From a virus (Duplodnaviria; Heunggongvirae; Uroviricota; Caudoviricetes): 31,211 bases of DNA. The stretch lies in IMG/VR virus record IMGVR_UViG_2737471829_000009; one strand, 5' to 3'. Positions 1 through 9,419 of this stretch are shown here, one piece after another (within the stretch, counting starts at the first letter, position 1; each line of letters starts with the position of its first letter). The notes under the pieces were generated by a model, which saw only the letters and a program-made list of their open reading frames with translations, was not told where the DNA came from and ran no database searches. Made by a program: the position numbers and the translations under genes.

Positions 1-222
1 TCACAGCCAGGGCATTTGATGCTGACCGGTCATCGTCGGGTGCGGTGGAGCCGGTACGACTTCTCCCGGCGAAACGATGAAACGCTCAACGGTTTCTGTC
101 GTGACAAAAGTACAACTGCAGTTGATGTTTGTGCACTGATGATACCGCTCTTTTGTGGTGTCAGAAAAATAGCGACTCGTGCGGGCATGGGCGGCGTAAT
201 GGCATTTCGGGCAATGAAACAT
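1..222 (-). CDS. ogr: Ogr late-gene transcriptional activator (C4 zinc finger)
   Basis: Translation MFHCPKCHYAAHARTSRYFSDTTKERYHQCTNINCSCTF has the C-x2-C-x22-C-x4-C pattern and closely resembles P2 Ogr as I recall it. Track ORF starts at a GTG; trimmed to the ATG at 222. Confidence 0.85.
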   Translation of the reverse strand: MFHCPKCHYAAHARTSRYFSDTTKERYHQCTNINCSCTFVTTETVERFIVSPGEVVPAPPHPTMTGQHQMPWL

Positions 223-297
223 GATGAGCACCTCTGAGCGTTTTCAATACAGTGATTTTACTTATTTTAATATTATAAAACAAACACATATAGTAAA
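223..297 (-). promoter_or_regulatory. AT-rich intergenic region upstream of ogr with a TATAAT-like element on the minus strand (putative ogr promoter)
   Basis: Short AT-rich spacer between the D stop and the ogr start; the minus strand reads GTTTTATAATATTAA. No clean -35 at canonical spacing. Confidence 0.25.
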
Positions 298-1467
298 TTA
301 CTGCGCTATTTCTTCGATCTCATACTCCACATCAGAAACCTTAACCTCAAGCTCTAAGCCCGTCGTGAAGCCACTCCCGTTAAGGCTGTGCACCACACGG
401 CTGATTATCCATGCCTGCTGGTCTATCACGCGCTTAAAGCCTTTCACGGCCACTGGTGTTTCAGGAAATAAATCAGCCCGGCCAGTGGCAAGCGTAATGG
501 AAAACTCCGCCACGCCTCGCTGTATCTTGTCCCACTTTGCCTGAGCCGCGCGCATGGCCTGCGCCTTTGTGGCATAGATGGTCGTGAGCTCAAGAACGTT
601 GTCCGACTCTCCGGCCATGTACTCACCTTCCCGCGCTTCCTGCTCTTTTTTCTTCTTAGCCTTTGTCGATGTTTTAGCGGCTTTCGGGTGCTGCAGCGCG
701 CGCAGGTGCTGCTCTTTGGGTTTACGTTTGAGCTTTACCTTTTGCTTTTGTGGCTTAGGGTCTCTGGTGTGTAGCCATTTCGCCGTCACGCCGGTGTAAG
801 CCTCCCGGTCTGCAATGGCGAACTGATGGCGGTCGCCGTCGCCACGCTCGACGGTCATTTGGGGGATCGGCTTACCACTGGCCGTCATCGCACTACCGGC
901 TTTCAGGAATAATAACTTCCCGGCTTTCACCGACACGGATGCACCGTTACGCTCAGCAAGGCGGGACAAAAACGCCGCATCAGATTCCTGCGTCTGGTCG
1001 ATATGGGGAATGGCGATAGCTTTCAGGGAGTCAGCAACACTGGCCGTCAGCTTATTACGCTGCGCGATGGTCTCCACAATCACCCCGAGCGTGGTGTCAT
1101 GCCATGACTGCTCGCGCCGCGAGTTCAGCGACCCGCGAAAATCCGCGCTACGTCCCCGGATGGTCAGCGTATCAGGCGCACCCCGGTGCTCGATTTCATC
1201 GACCGTGAAACTCCCCTTGTTGACCAGTGCGGAGCCCTGCCAGCCCAGCCACAGCGTCAGCGATGCCCCGCGCGGCGGCAACTCGACCAGCCCGTCGGTA
1301 TCATCGAGCGCAATATCGAGCTGGTCAGCCTCAAATCCGCGATTGTCGGTCATGGTCAGGCCGATGAGCCGGTCGCTGAAATTCTGCGTGATATCCTCCC
1401 CGTCCAGCGTGAGCATATACGCAGGGGCCACACGCGCCCCGGCCTGAATATTCATCCCTGTTATCAT
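298..1467 (-). CDS. D: Tail protein gpD (late control gene D family)
   Basis: About 390 aa, immediately downstream of U in the FETUD-type tail operon. Start set to the ATG at 1467, which has GGAGGG about 9 nt upstream and overlaps the U stop in an ATGA arrangement; the ATG at 1455 is an alternative. Confidence 0.8.
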   Translation of the reverse strand: MITGMNIQAGARVAPAYMLTLDGEDITQNFSDRLIGLTMTDNRGFEADQLDIALDDTDGLVELPPRGASLTLWLGWQGSALVNKGSFTVDEIEHRGAPDTLTIRGRSADFRGSLNSRREQSWHDTTLGVIVETIAQRNKLTASVADSLKAIAIPHIDQTQESDAAFLSRLAERNGASVSVKAGKLLFLKAGSAMTASGKPIPQMTVERGDGDRHQFAIADREAYTGVTAKWLHTRDPKPQKQKVKLKRKPKEQHLRALQHPKAAKTSTKAKKKKEQEAREGEYMAGESDNVLELTTIYATKAQAMRAAQAKWDKIQRGVAEFSITLATGRADLFPETPVAVKGFKRVIDQQAWIISRVVHSLNGSGFTTGLELEVKVSDVEYEIEEIAQ

Positions 1468-1928
1468 CCTGCCAGCCCTCCCGCCCATTCACTAGCTGAC
1501 GTGACCAGATTATCCGCCTGCGTTTTCAGGTCGCCATACATGGCCGCGAGCGACTCGTCGACGCGTTTCAGGGACAGACTGAACTCGATTTTTCTCGCTG
1601 CGCCGTCGCTGAAAAGCTCGGTGTGGTTGTGGGTCACTTTATCGATAATGTACATCCCGTGGATCATGCCGGTTCCGTCAATCAGCGGCCATGCGCGCCC
1701 CTCGTCGGCCATCAGCTCGATGGCCATCAGTGACAAACGTCCGCCGGTGATTTCAGGGTAAAGCGTTCCCGACAGCGTGCGCGAGGTTTCCCCCTCCCCG
1801 AGATACTGGTAAGCCGGTGGCTTTCCGATACGGTCATTTGACACCCACCGGTAGTCCTTCGAATACTGCATTGACTGATGCGGCAGGGTGCGCCGTTCAA
1901 ATACAAAAAAGCCCAGCACCATAAGCAT
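1464..1928 (-). CDS. U: Tail protein gpU
   Basis: 154-aa ORF between T and D, the position and size of P2 gpU; GAGGG RBS upstream of the ATG. Confidence 0.8.
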   Translation of the reverse strand: MLMVLGFFVFERRTLPHQSMQYSKDYRWVSNDRIGKPPAYQYLGEGETSRTLSGTLYPEITGGRLSLMAIELMADEGRAWPLIDGTGMIHGMYIIDKVTHNHTELFSDGAARKIEFSLSLKRVDESLAAMYGDLKTQADNLVTSASEWAGGLAG

Positions 1929-1941
1929 TTTTATCCATCCC

Positions 1942-4383
1942 TCAGTCGAGTCTCATACTGGATCGCTGGCGCGCACGTGTCTCGCGGTCAAGTTTGTCGA
2001 CGGCGTCACGAAGCTGGCGGTCAAGGTCACTGCCCGGCGCGACCCCGCCCTGCAGGTTGATGTTGTATTCGCTTTTGCTCTGGTCGATATAAGAACGGCC
2101 AGCGGGTGCGGTGACCGGCTGATACGCCTGATACCCGCCATAACCTGCAGTCGCAGGGATATACCCACCATTCGGGGACGCCTTATTCGCTTTCGCTGCG
2201 GTCTGGTCGAGGTCGCTGGATTCTTTTTTGATAACGCCGAGTTTTTCCAGCAGCCAGCCGACCTTGCCGCTCAGGCTGTTAAACATCTTGAGCGGCATCA
2301 TCAGCGCATCAGCCAGCGCCTGACCAAAAGTAACGCCGACATTTTTGCAACTGTTGAGCGTGTCCTGCGTGGCTTTCACCGGCGCAAGCAGGTCTTTAAA
2401 CCACTGGCAGACGACACCCAGCTTTTCAGCGATGGCATCAAACACCGGCGCAAGTGGGGTAAACATGTCCCCCACCGGTGCAAAGGCGGCTTTCAGTCCC
2501 TCCACCACGCCCGAGAAGAATGCACCGAGCGGCTCCCAGTATTTACGAATCAGCAACGCACCGGCCACCACTGCACCTGCTACCGCCAACACCGGCAGGC
2601 TGATTGCGCCAATGGCCGTGACTATCGCGCCGCCGACCGTACTGAAAACCACACCGAGCACGCCAGCCGCCGCAGTGATGGCATTAATCCCCATCACCAC
2701 CGGCCATGCGACAAGGCCAATCCCGCCCATCACACCAATCAGCGCCAGCGCACCCCCGACCACCACGCCGATAGTGGTCGCCAGCCCCTGATTTTTCTGG
2801 ATCCAGCCGTCGAGCCTGAGCACATATTGCGTGGCCGTCTGCGTCAGCTTACGCAGTGATCCCTCCTGCTGATCAAACAGGTCAGTGCCGACCGCCTCAT
2901 AGGCAGACTGAAACTCTTTAAAGTCGCCGCCGAGGTTATCCTGCATCACCTTAACCAGTTCCTCAGTCTTACCGTCCGAGGCTTTAAACGCGGCGGTGAG
3001 CTGGTCGAGCTTGCCGCCTGATGCAGCGGCCATCAGAACGGCGGCCGCCGAGCTGGCCTCTTCACCGAAAATGGTTTTCATGTATTCGGCTTTCTGACCC
3101 GTTCCGAGATTGTTTTTCTCAAAACTGCGCTGCATTTCCTTCAGGATGGAAAATATCGGACGCGTATTGCCTTTGCTATCTGACGTTTTAATGCCGAGCT
3201 CTTTGATGGCGTCGTACGCTTTACCGGTTGGTGCCTGCAGGCGACTCAGAACGGCACGGCTCCCTGTACCCGCCATCGAGCCGGTGATTTTAGAATCGTG
3301 CAGCGCCCCCACCATCGCGGCGGTTTCTTCAATACTCACCCCGGCATTTTTCGCCACCGGCGCGGCATAGGTCAGCGCATCGCTCATCCCGTCAAAGTCA
3401 GCGGCGGTTTTGTTCATCGTCATCGAGAGAACATCACCAATATGCGCGACTTTATCGTTAGAGAGCTGGAAAGCAGACTTCATGCCTGTCAGCAGCGCGG
3501 CGTTTTCTTCCATCGTGCGCTTGTTCGACAGCGCCATATTCAGCGTGACCGGCGTCGCCGCCTGAATAGCCGCCGCATCGCCGCCGCTTTTGGCGATGAT
3601 AATCTGCGCTCCCGCCGCATCATCGGCAGAGGCAGCGGTATTGTCACCGAGCTGGCGCGCCTGTTTACGCAGCGCCTGCATTTCGGGCGACTGTTTGTCG
3701 ACACCGAGCACTGCCTGCAGCTCAGAGTTTTTCTGTGCAAATTCATAACCCGGCGTCAGCAGCTTAACCCCGGCCATGGTTCCTGTTGTCGCAATACCGA
3801 CACCGGCCGCGCCAGCCGCCGCCATGCTACCGGCAAGCGATTTACCGGCCTGATATCGCTCTTTCACCCGGCTTAACTTTGCCTGCTGTGCGCTGACTTT
3901 CGCCAGTGCCTCACGCTGACGATTGAGCTGCGCAGTCGTCTCACTGATGCGCGATTTAAGCCCCCGCTCATCATTTGCCAGATTACGGGTATTAATCCCG
4001 ACAGCACCGAGCTCGCGTTGCTGGCGTTTAACAGACTCAGTGAGGCTGTTGTATTTCGTCTGCAGCCCGTCGGCGGCACGCTTTGCCGATTCAAGCACCT
4101 GCGCCTGCGCACGTGTCGGGCGCTCGGTGTTTTTAAACTGCGTGGCAAGGGCTTGCGCTTCCTGTTTCGCTTTCTCAAGCGAGTGACCAGTCACGGCAAG
4201 CTGTGCGCTGGCTTTGCGGAATCCGTCAATACGGGACGCCTGCGCGTTAAGTTCGCGCAGGCTTTTCTGTGAATTGCGGATATCACCAGACAGGGATTTG
4301 CTGGCGTTCTGAATCGCTTTAAGCGGGCGGCTTGCCCGGTCGACTGCGTTCAGCAGCACCTCGATTCTGACGTTATTGCTCAT
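1942..4383 (-). CDS. T: Tail tape measure protein gpT
   Basis: 813-aa protein with a coiled-coil N-terminal half, Gly/Ala-rich hydrophobic central segments, and position after E/E', typical of tape-measure proteins. Confidence 0.9.
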   Translation of the reverse strand: MSNNVRIEVLLNAVDRASRPLKAIQNASKSLSGDIRNSQKSLRELNAQASRIDGFRKASAQLAVTGHSLEKAKQEAQALATQFKNTERPTRAQAQVLESAKRAADGLQTKYNSLTESVKRQQRELGAVGINTRNLANDERGLKSRISETTAQLNRQREALAKVSAQQAKLSRVKERYQAGKSLAGSMAAAGAAGVGIATTGTMAGVKLLTPGYEFAQKNSELQAVLGVDKQSPEMQALRKQARQLGDNTAASADDAAGAQIIIAKSGGDAAAIQAATPVTLNMALSNKRTMEENAALLTGMKSAFQLSNDKVAHIGDVLSMTMNKTAADFDGMSDALTYAAPVAKNAGVSIEETAAMVGALHDSKITGSMAGTGSRAVLSRLQAPTGKAYDAIKELGIKTSDSKGNTRPIFSILKEMQRSFEKNNLGTGQKAEYMKTIFGEEASSAAAVLMAAASGGKLDQLTAAFKASDGKTEELVKVMQDNLGGDFKEFQSAYEAVGTDLFDQQEGSLRKLTQTATQYVLRLDGWIQKNQGLATTIGVVVGGALALIGVMGGIGLVAWPVVMGINAITAAAGVLGVVFSTVGGAIVTAIGAISLPVLAVAGAVVAGALLIRKYWEPLGAFFSGVVEGLKAAFAPVGDMFTPLAPVFDAIAEKLGVVCQWFKDLLAPVKATQDTLNSCKNVGVTFGQALADALMMPLKMFNSLSGKVGWLLEKLGVIKKESSDLDQTAAKANKASPNGGYIPATAGYGGYQAYQPVTAPAGRSYIDQSKSEYNINLQGGVAPGSDLDRQLRDAVDKLDRETRARQRSSMRLD

Positions 4384-4842
4384 GATGGCTTCCGCTTCGT
4401 TGCAGCGCCTTATCGCGCCATGTCAGGAGCTCGGTCACGCTCAGGGAATTTAGCTCTGATGGCGGCCAGTGGAAGATCACCGCGATATCCGCCATCAGGT
4501 CATCGACCGACAGTTTTTCCGGGAAGGTCAGCGACCCGAAGCCGGTGACAAAAAACCAACCACCTTACCGGCCAGCGAAATCAGGTCTGACGCATCCAGA
4601 CGCGCGAGTTCGTGCTCGGTCAGTGCCGGATACGTCATGCGCGGCAGCACCTTAATCAGCGCATCCACGTCGGAATTTGCCAGCGAGGCCAGTGATACCC
4701 CGCGCAGGGTTCCCGCGTTCGGTTTGGTTAGCGTGACCTGCTCAATTTTCTGTTCACCGCGCATCAGCGGGGTGTCAAAAATAACGATATTCGGAGTAAC
4801 GTTTTCAGTGTCAGCAACAGCAGTCTCATTGATATTTTTCAT
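4372..4842 (-). CDS. E+E': gpE+E' fusion made by programmed -1 ribosomal frameshift
   Basis: Minus-strand heptamer T_TTT_TTG at about 4549..4555 lies in the E zero frame (GGT TTT TTG). The -1 frame continues ...LTFPEKLSVDDLMADIAVIFHWPPSELNSLSVTELLTWRDKALQRSGSHHEQ*, resembling P2 E', and ends at about 4372, overlapping the T start. Confidence 0.7.
4528..4842 (-). CDS. E: Tail assembly chaperone gpE
   Basis: 104-aa ORF between FII and T; the zero frame ends ...VVGFLSPASGR, passing through a TTTTTTG slippery site. Confidence 0.85.
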   Translation of the reverse strand: MKNINETAVADTENVTPNIVIFDTPLMRGEQKIEQVTLTKPNAGTLRGVSLASLANSDVDALIKVLPRMTYPALTEHELARLDASDLISLAGKVVGFLSPASGR

Positions 4843-4896
4843 GCGAATTTCTCATCAGCGTAAGTGACCGGCCAGCCCCGCTGACCGGTTGAGGGA

Positions 4897-5415
4897 TTAC
4901 AGGCCAATTGCCTTGCGGTGCTCTGCCATACGGTCGACGCCGTCGACTTTCAGCACCATGTTGATCACGTCAATCTCGATGACTTCTTTGTCGTCGATCG
5001 TGAGCTGGTAATAGGCGCACTCGGTCGCCATTTTGGTCGTGCCGCTTTCTCCCTGCTTGTTTTCACCGCCGTCGTATTCTTTATGACGGCCACGCATCAC
5101 CACCTCGACGGCAGAAATCGCGCCGGTGTCGTCACGCTGATAAGAGCCGGTAAAACGCAGCGGAACGCTGTCAGCACCCGGCGAGGCGTACTGCGCCCAC
5201 AATTCAATGTCAGGCAGACCGCCGAGCGTCCACTCAAGCGACAGCGCATCGTCATCGAGGCCGAGGTCAACCGACACCGCTCCCGGCATCCCGCCGCCGC
5301 GATATTTCTCCAGCTTGCGGGTCAGTTTTGGCAGGGTGACGGATTCAACAACGCCCATATAACTCAGGCCATCGTTGAACATATTCAGGTATTTCAGTTT
5401 GCGGGGTAACGCCAT
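4897..5415 (-). CDS. FII: Tail tube protein FII
   Basis: 172-aa protein directly downstream of the sheath gene; N-terminus MALPRKLKYLNMFNDG... matches the P2 FII family as recalled. Confidence 0.9.
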   Translation of the reverse strand: MALPRKLKYLNMFNDGLSYMGVVESVTLPKLTRKLEKYRGGGMPGAVSVDLGLDDDALSLEWTLGGLPDIELWAQYASPGADSVPLRFTGSYQRDDTGAISAVEVVMRGRHKEYDGGENKQGESGTTKMATECAYYQLTIDDKEVIEIDVINMVLKVDGVDRMAEHRKAIGL

Positions 5416-5427
5416 GCTCAGAGCTCC

Positions 5428-6621
5428 TTAGCTGTTGACCGAGTCTGACAGGTTCGCCAGATAGGTATCGGTGATGCGCTGGCGCAGGGTCAGATTTTCC
5501 AGCGGCGGGACGGGGGTGTAGTCGTAATCGATATACAGTTTCCCCACTTTCAGGGTCGCGGTGTCGTTCGACTCCGGGTCGTACCAGCAGAAGCCGTCAA
5601 CGAGATAGCCGTTGGTTTTCAGCTCGCGGAATTTGGCATTGATACCGGAAACGATATCGCGAATGAGGGTCGGGGTAATGGGTTTATCCATCGCCCACGC
5701 GTGCGCCTCCGCCATCGTGTCGGCCAGCACCTGCGCGGTGCGGGTGTAGTTTTCAAACAGGAAAAGCGGATCATCCGAGCAGGTACGGTTTCCCCAAAAT
5801 TTGAAACCATCATTGCGGATAAGCGTAGTGACACCAGCCTGATTCAGCAGGTTGGCATCGGTCGCTGGTTCCTGCAAATCCCACGACACGGAGGCGCTGA
5901 CGCCGGTCACTCCGTTAACGCCAACGTTAGACAGGGTTTTGTGCCAGCCGATGGTCTGGTCGATTTTGGCACGCAGGCCGAGTGCGCGCGCCGTCACCCA
6001 GGCTGTTGCTGTCGTGTTCGCCGTGGTGTCCCATGCCAGAAAATCAGGGAAGATGACCATCAGCTCACGCTGGCTGAAATTCTCGCGGTAGTCGATGGCC
6101 TCAGAAATGGTTTTACAACCCCACGCGCTGACATAGCCAAAGGCGCGCAGGCTCTGACAGGTGGACGCGAGCGCGGTCGCCACTTCCTGCGAATCCAGCC
6201 CCGGCACGCCGAGAATACGAGGCTTAACGCCGGTGACGGTCTTCGCCGTCAGCAGGGCTTTCAGCCCGGTATATTTGCCGTTTTCGTCAGTGGTGCCGAT
6301 GATATTGGAAAGGGTTTGTTTGTGCGCCGCTTCGGGGTTCTCCGGATCTTCAATACCTTCGGCCACACGCACGGCCACGATGACCGGCTTGCACTGGTCA
6401 GCGATAGCCTGCAGGGACGTCGACAGCGTGCCCTGTTTACCGGCTTTACCGATAGCACTCTGCACGTTCGTAATAAGCACCGGCTCATTGAGGGGGAATG
6501 TTTTCTCGTCAGCATCGCTGGCCGTACAGACCATGCCGATGATGGCGGTTGAAACGGTGGAAATGGTGCGGACGCCATCGTTAATCTCGATGACCTCGAC
6601 GCCGTGATGATAGTCGCTCAT
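5428..6621 (-). CDS. FI: Contractile tail sheath protein FI
   Basis: Start trimmed to MSDYHHGVEVIEINDG... (ATG at 6621); the protein is near-colinear with P2 FI as recalled, including the C-terminal YIDYDYTPVPPLENLTLRQRITD motif. Confidence 0.9.
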   Translation of the reverse strand: MSDYHHGVEVIEINDGVRTISTVSTAIIGMVCTASDADEKTFPLNEPVLITNVQSAIGKAGKQGTLSTSLQAIADQCKPVIVAVRVAEGIEDPENPEAAHKQTLSNIIGTTDENGKYTGLKALLTAKTVTGVKPRILGVPGLDSQEVATALASTCQSLRAFGYVSAWGCKTISEAIDYRENFSQRELMVIFPDFLAWDTTANTTATAWVTARALGLRAKIDQTIGWHKTLSNVGVNGVTGVSASVSWDLQEPATDANLLNQAGVTTLIRNDGFKFWGNRTCSDDPLFLFENYTRTAQVLADTMAEAHAWAMDKPITPTLIRDIVSGINAKFRELKTNGYLVDGFCWYDPESNDTATLKVGKLYIDYDYTPVPPLENLTLRQRITDTYLANLSDSVNS

Positions 6622-6715
6622 CCGTTTAACTCCGTGGTTAAGGGGTGCAACTATTTTCTGTTGTGTAAGCGACAAGCGCGATGAAACGGCGTTGGCGGGG
6701 ATACAACACAACAAG

Positions 6716-6740
6716 CAAAAAGCCCTCCGGGTGGAGGGCT
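6716..6740 (-). terminator. Rho-independent terminator after the tail-fibre operon
   Basis: Plus strand reads AAAAAGCCCTCCGGGTGGAGGGCT: an 8-bp GC-rich stem (AGCCCTCC/GGAGGGCT) with a 4-nt loop, followed on the minus strand by a T-run, directly 3' of G. Confidence 0.6.
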
Positions 6741-6744
6741 TGCG

Positions 6745-7167
6745 TTATTCAGGTACTGACGGCAGGTCGATTAACAACGGGTCGGAGGTATCAACCCGGC
6801 TCAGAAGCACGGTGTATGTCTCCCATTGCTCAAGCCGTTTTACCTCTTCGGGGGTGGCAATCCCCAGCTTAACCGCACGGCTCAGGGGAGCAATGATAAT
6901 TTCCGCCTCCTGCATGAGTGCTGTCCTCTGAGTTTCAAATTGCTCGATGAGAACGTCAGGATCAGGAGGGGGAATATCGGCCCATGTGGGAAGGCCATTA
7001 TCACCTGCAGCACGATACTTCCCTGATGGTGTTACTTTCGCTGCGAATTCATCATAAACACTGTCTTCCACCTGAATAGCGTCATCAGGCCAGTCTTCAA
7101 TATAGTCGGGAAGATACTGCATCGGATAAAATGTGTTTCGTTTAGCGCTATAGCAATAATTACCCAT
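6745..7167 (-). CDS. G: Tail fibre assembly chaperone
   Basis: 140-aa ORF immediately downstream of tail fibre gene H, the position and size of a P2 gpG-type chaperone. Confidence 0.8.
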   Translation of the reverse strand: MGNYCYSAKRNTFYPMQYLPDYIEDWPDDAIQVEDSVYDEFAAKVTPSGKYRAAGDNGLPTWADIPPPDPDVLIEQFETQRTALMQEAEIIIAPLSRAVKLGIATPEEVKRLEQWETYTVLLSRVDTSDPLLIDLPSVPE

Positions 7168-7170
7168 ATA

Positions 7171-8877
7171 TTAATACCCCACCGCTTGCCAATATACTGG
7201 AAACGAACCAGAGCCCGCTTCAATACGAAAGGATGTTTTTGTAATAGAGCCTATACGGAAGTTCTGATCGTAGCCGTTATGCCCCGTAACCTCTGTAACG
7301 GTAATGCTGTTACAGACATTAGGGAATGCGGTAGGAAAATTCACTGCTCTGTTGAAGCCAGGCGCTAACCCCCATTGGATCATAAATCCTGTACTGGCAT
7401 CTTTAAACCATCCGTTTGCAGCCTTTCCTGCTGCGTTTTTAAGTTGATAGCGCGCATCAGATTCGGCTTTTGTATAAGCCTGTCCCGCAGGGGTATAACT
7501 GCCTTTCGGCTGAAAGGCTCCGCTTGCCCATGCTTCGGTTGCCAGTTGCACCACGGCATTACTGGCAGTGTGGCGCATATAGGGTTTGGCGACATTACCT
7601 GAGTTAAAGCCAGCGGTAACGCATCCATCCTGAGAAATAGATCCAATCTCAGCCGGAGTGGGCTTATTTGCCCCGTCGTATTGTTTTGTCCAGGCAGACC
7701 AGACACTCCCATACAGCGTCCTGATATAACTCCGTGAGTTGTTATAAACACGGTAAATTTGAGTTATCCCGGCGTGTTTATACACTTCCAGAGAACCAGC
7801 CAGTGCTTCTGGATAATTCTTCCCGGCCAGCGCCTGTGCGTTATTTGGCTGATAATAGAGACCGGGTACGGTGTATGAGTTCAGGTCAAGAGCATTCCCG
7901 ATACCCACCGCCTGACCGTTGAAAATATCCTGTGCGGTCACACTGATATCAGCGCTCAGCGAGTGGCCATTCACTTTGCGGCCTGAGGGTACACGTCCGC
8001 TGGCGTTGTCATTTGCCGCCTTAACCGCTTTCGGGGTCGCAGCAAGCACCTCTGATACGCTGTCGGTGGCGCTACTGAGCTGGACAATCCCCTTCTGTGC
8101 CGTGGTCGCGTCCTGAGCCGTGTATTTACCTTTCGCAAGGTCATGTGCCGCCTTGACTGCTTTCGGCGTCGCGGCGAGAGTCTCAGACACACTGTCGGTG
8201 GCGCTACTGAGCTGGACAATCCCTTTCTGCGTCGTGGTCGCGTCCTGAGCCGTGTATTTTCCTTTCGCAAGGTCATACACCACTTTGACCGCTTTCGGTG
8301 TTGCTGCGAGCGCCTCAGACGTGCTGTCGGTCGCACTGCTTAACTGCGTGAACCCTTTTTCTTTCAGCGTGGCGTCAGGATGGCGGCGGGACTGCTCATG
8401 CTCTGCGAGTTTATCGTCAACATAATCCTGCGTCGCCATAACCAGTGTCGTATCGATAGACAGCTCGACGGTGTCGATATCGCTCACCATGATCACCATG
8501 CGCAGCGTCTGCGCGCGACCTGACCCTTCCGCCAGTTCGGGCTTGTAGCTCTCCGCCATGTTACCGACCGCAATCAGCGTGCCGGTGTCGTCGTATAGAC
8601 CCATTTCACGCAGCCAGAAACCGCCGGTCTCCGGGGGGATCACCAGCTCCGCCACGACATAATTTTTATGTTTTTTGTCCTGGCTGATTTTGTTCAGGGC
8701 ATGACGCCAGACCTCATTGACGAGTTTTGTCTGACTGGCGTCCGGCTCGGGCAGCTTACCGCCACCGTCCCCGACGGCCATCTCCGCAAAATTGACTTTC
8801 TTCCCGTTCGGGAGCGTCGCCGCCGCCAGTTTTTCTGCACCGGCTCGGGTGATAACGGTTTTATATTTCACTGTCAT
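7171..8877 (-). CDS. H: Tail fibre protein
   Basis: 568-aa protein with a conserved gpH-like N-terminus (MTVKYKTVITRAGAEKLAAATL...), internal tandem fibre repeats and a divergent C-terminal receptor-binding region. Confidence 0.85.
   Translation of the reverse strand: MTVKYKTVITRAGAEKLAAATLPNGKKVNFAEMAVGDGGGKLPEPDASQTKLVNEVWRHALNKISQDKKHKNYVVAELVIPPETGGFWLREMGLYDDTGTLIAVGNMAESYKPELAEGSGRAQTLRMVIMVSDIDTVELSIDTTLVMATQDYVDDKLAEHEQSRRHPDATLKEKGFTQLSSATDSTSEALAATPKAVKVVYDLAKGKYTAQDATTTQKGIVQLSSATDSVSETLAATPKAVKAAHDLAKGKYTAQDATTAQKGIVQLSSATDSVSEVLAATPKAVKAANDNASGRVPSGRKVNGHSLSADISVTAQDIFNGQAVGIGNALDLNSYTVPGLYYQPNNAQALAGKNYPEALAGSLEVYKHAGITQIYRVYNNSRSYIRTLYGSVWSAWTKQYDGANKPTPAEIGSISQDGCVTAGFNSGNVAKPYMRHTASNAVVQLATEAWASGAFQPKGSYTPAGQAYTKAESDARYQLKNAAGKAANGWFKDASTGFMIQWGLAPGFNRAVNFPTAFPNVCNSITVTEVTGHNGYDQNFRIGSITKTSFRIEAGSGSFPVYWQAVGY
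8040..8385 (-). repeat. Three tandem 132-bp (44-aa) repeat units inside the tail fibre gene
   Basis: Near-identical DNA copies (TGTCGGTGGCGCTACTGAGCTGGACAATCCC...) begin at about 8061, 8193 and 8325; they encode LSSATDS.SE.LAATPKAVK...KGKYTAQDATT.QKGIVQ. Confidence 0.7.
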
Positions 8878-8888
8878 TGTGTTCTCAC

Positions 8889-9419
8889 TTATCCGGGGTA
8901 AACCGTGATGATGTCGCCGTCATAGGTCAGGGCTCCGGTGAAGAGATAACCCGGTATGTCCTGGATAATATTCAGGCCAATAAGATGGCGGCTGGCTGGC
9001 TTTGCATCGGCGATCAGCCTTTCCATTTCGTAATACATTTCCTCGGTGATGCCGGTCTCCAGCACGCCGATATCAAGGCGAAACGTCCCCGGCGGGTCGT
9101 TCGTCTCCCACCATTCCGTCACGTTAATCAGATACCCGAGCGGCTCGACCACACGACGCACCGCGCCTATCGTCCCTTTGTGCGCATGGATAAACCACGC
9201 GCTGCGGATAACCTCGCGTTTGGTTTCTTCCGGCCAGCTCTCATCCCAGCGGTCAACAGAAAACGCCCAGGCAAGCCACGGCAGCAGGTTTGCGGGGCAG
9301 TTGTCAGGGTTCCAGAGGCGACGCAGCGGGACGGGGGTATTTTCGATATCCGCGCAGGCGCGCGCCGCCGCCACCTCAAGCGGCGACGAACCCACTGGCA
9401 GCAGACGGGTATCACTCAT
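8889..9419 (-). CDS. I: Baseplate protein gpI
   Basis: 176-aa ORF between J and H; P2 order V-W-J-I-H-G is preserved. Confidence 0.85.
   Translation of the reverse strand: MSDTRLLPVGSSPLEVAAARACADIENTPVPLRRLWNPDNCPANLLPWLAWAFSVDRWDESWPEETKREVIRSAWFIHAHKGTIGAVRRVVEPLGYLINVTEWWETNDPPGTFRLDIGVLETGITEEMYYEMERLIADAKPASRHLIGLNIIQDIPGYLFTGALTYDGDIITVYPG

Noticed and set aside
1888-2859. 323-aa plus-strand ORF, with other long antisense ORFs at 5701..6552, 15333..15836, 16247..16762 and 17586..18332
   Set aside because: All lie antisense within well-supported GC-rich structural genes (T, FI, endolysin, L, N). Their translations are Arg/Pro/His-rich and low-complexity, typical of shadow ORFs in high-GC DNA.
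6622-6744. Expected Z/fun gene between G and FI
   Set aside because: The gap is too short for any gene; the site is empty in this prophage.
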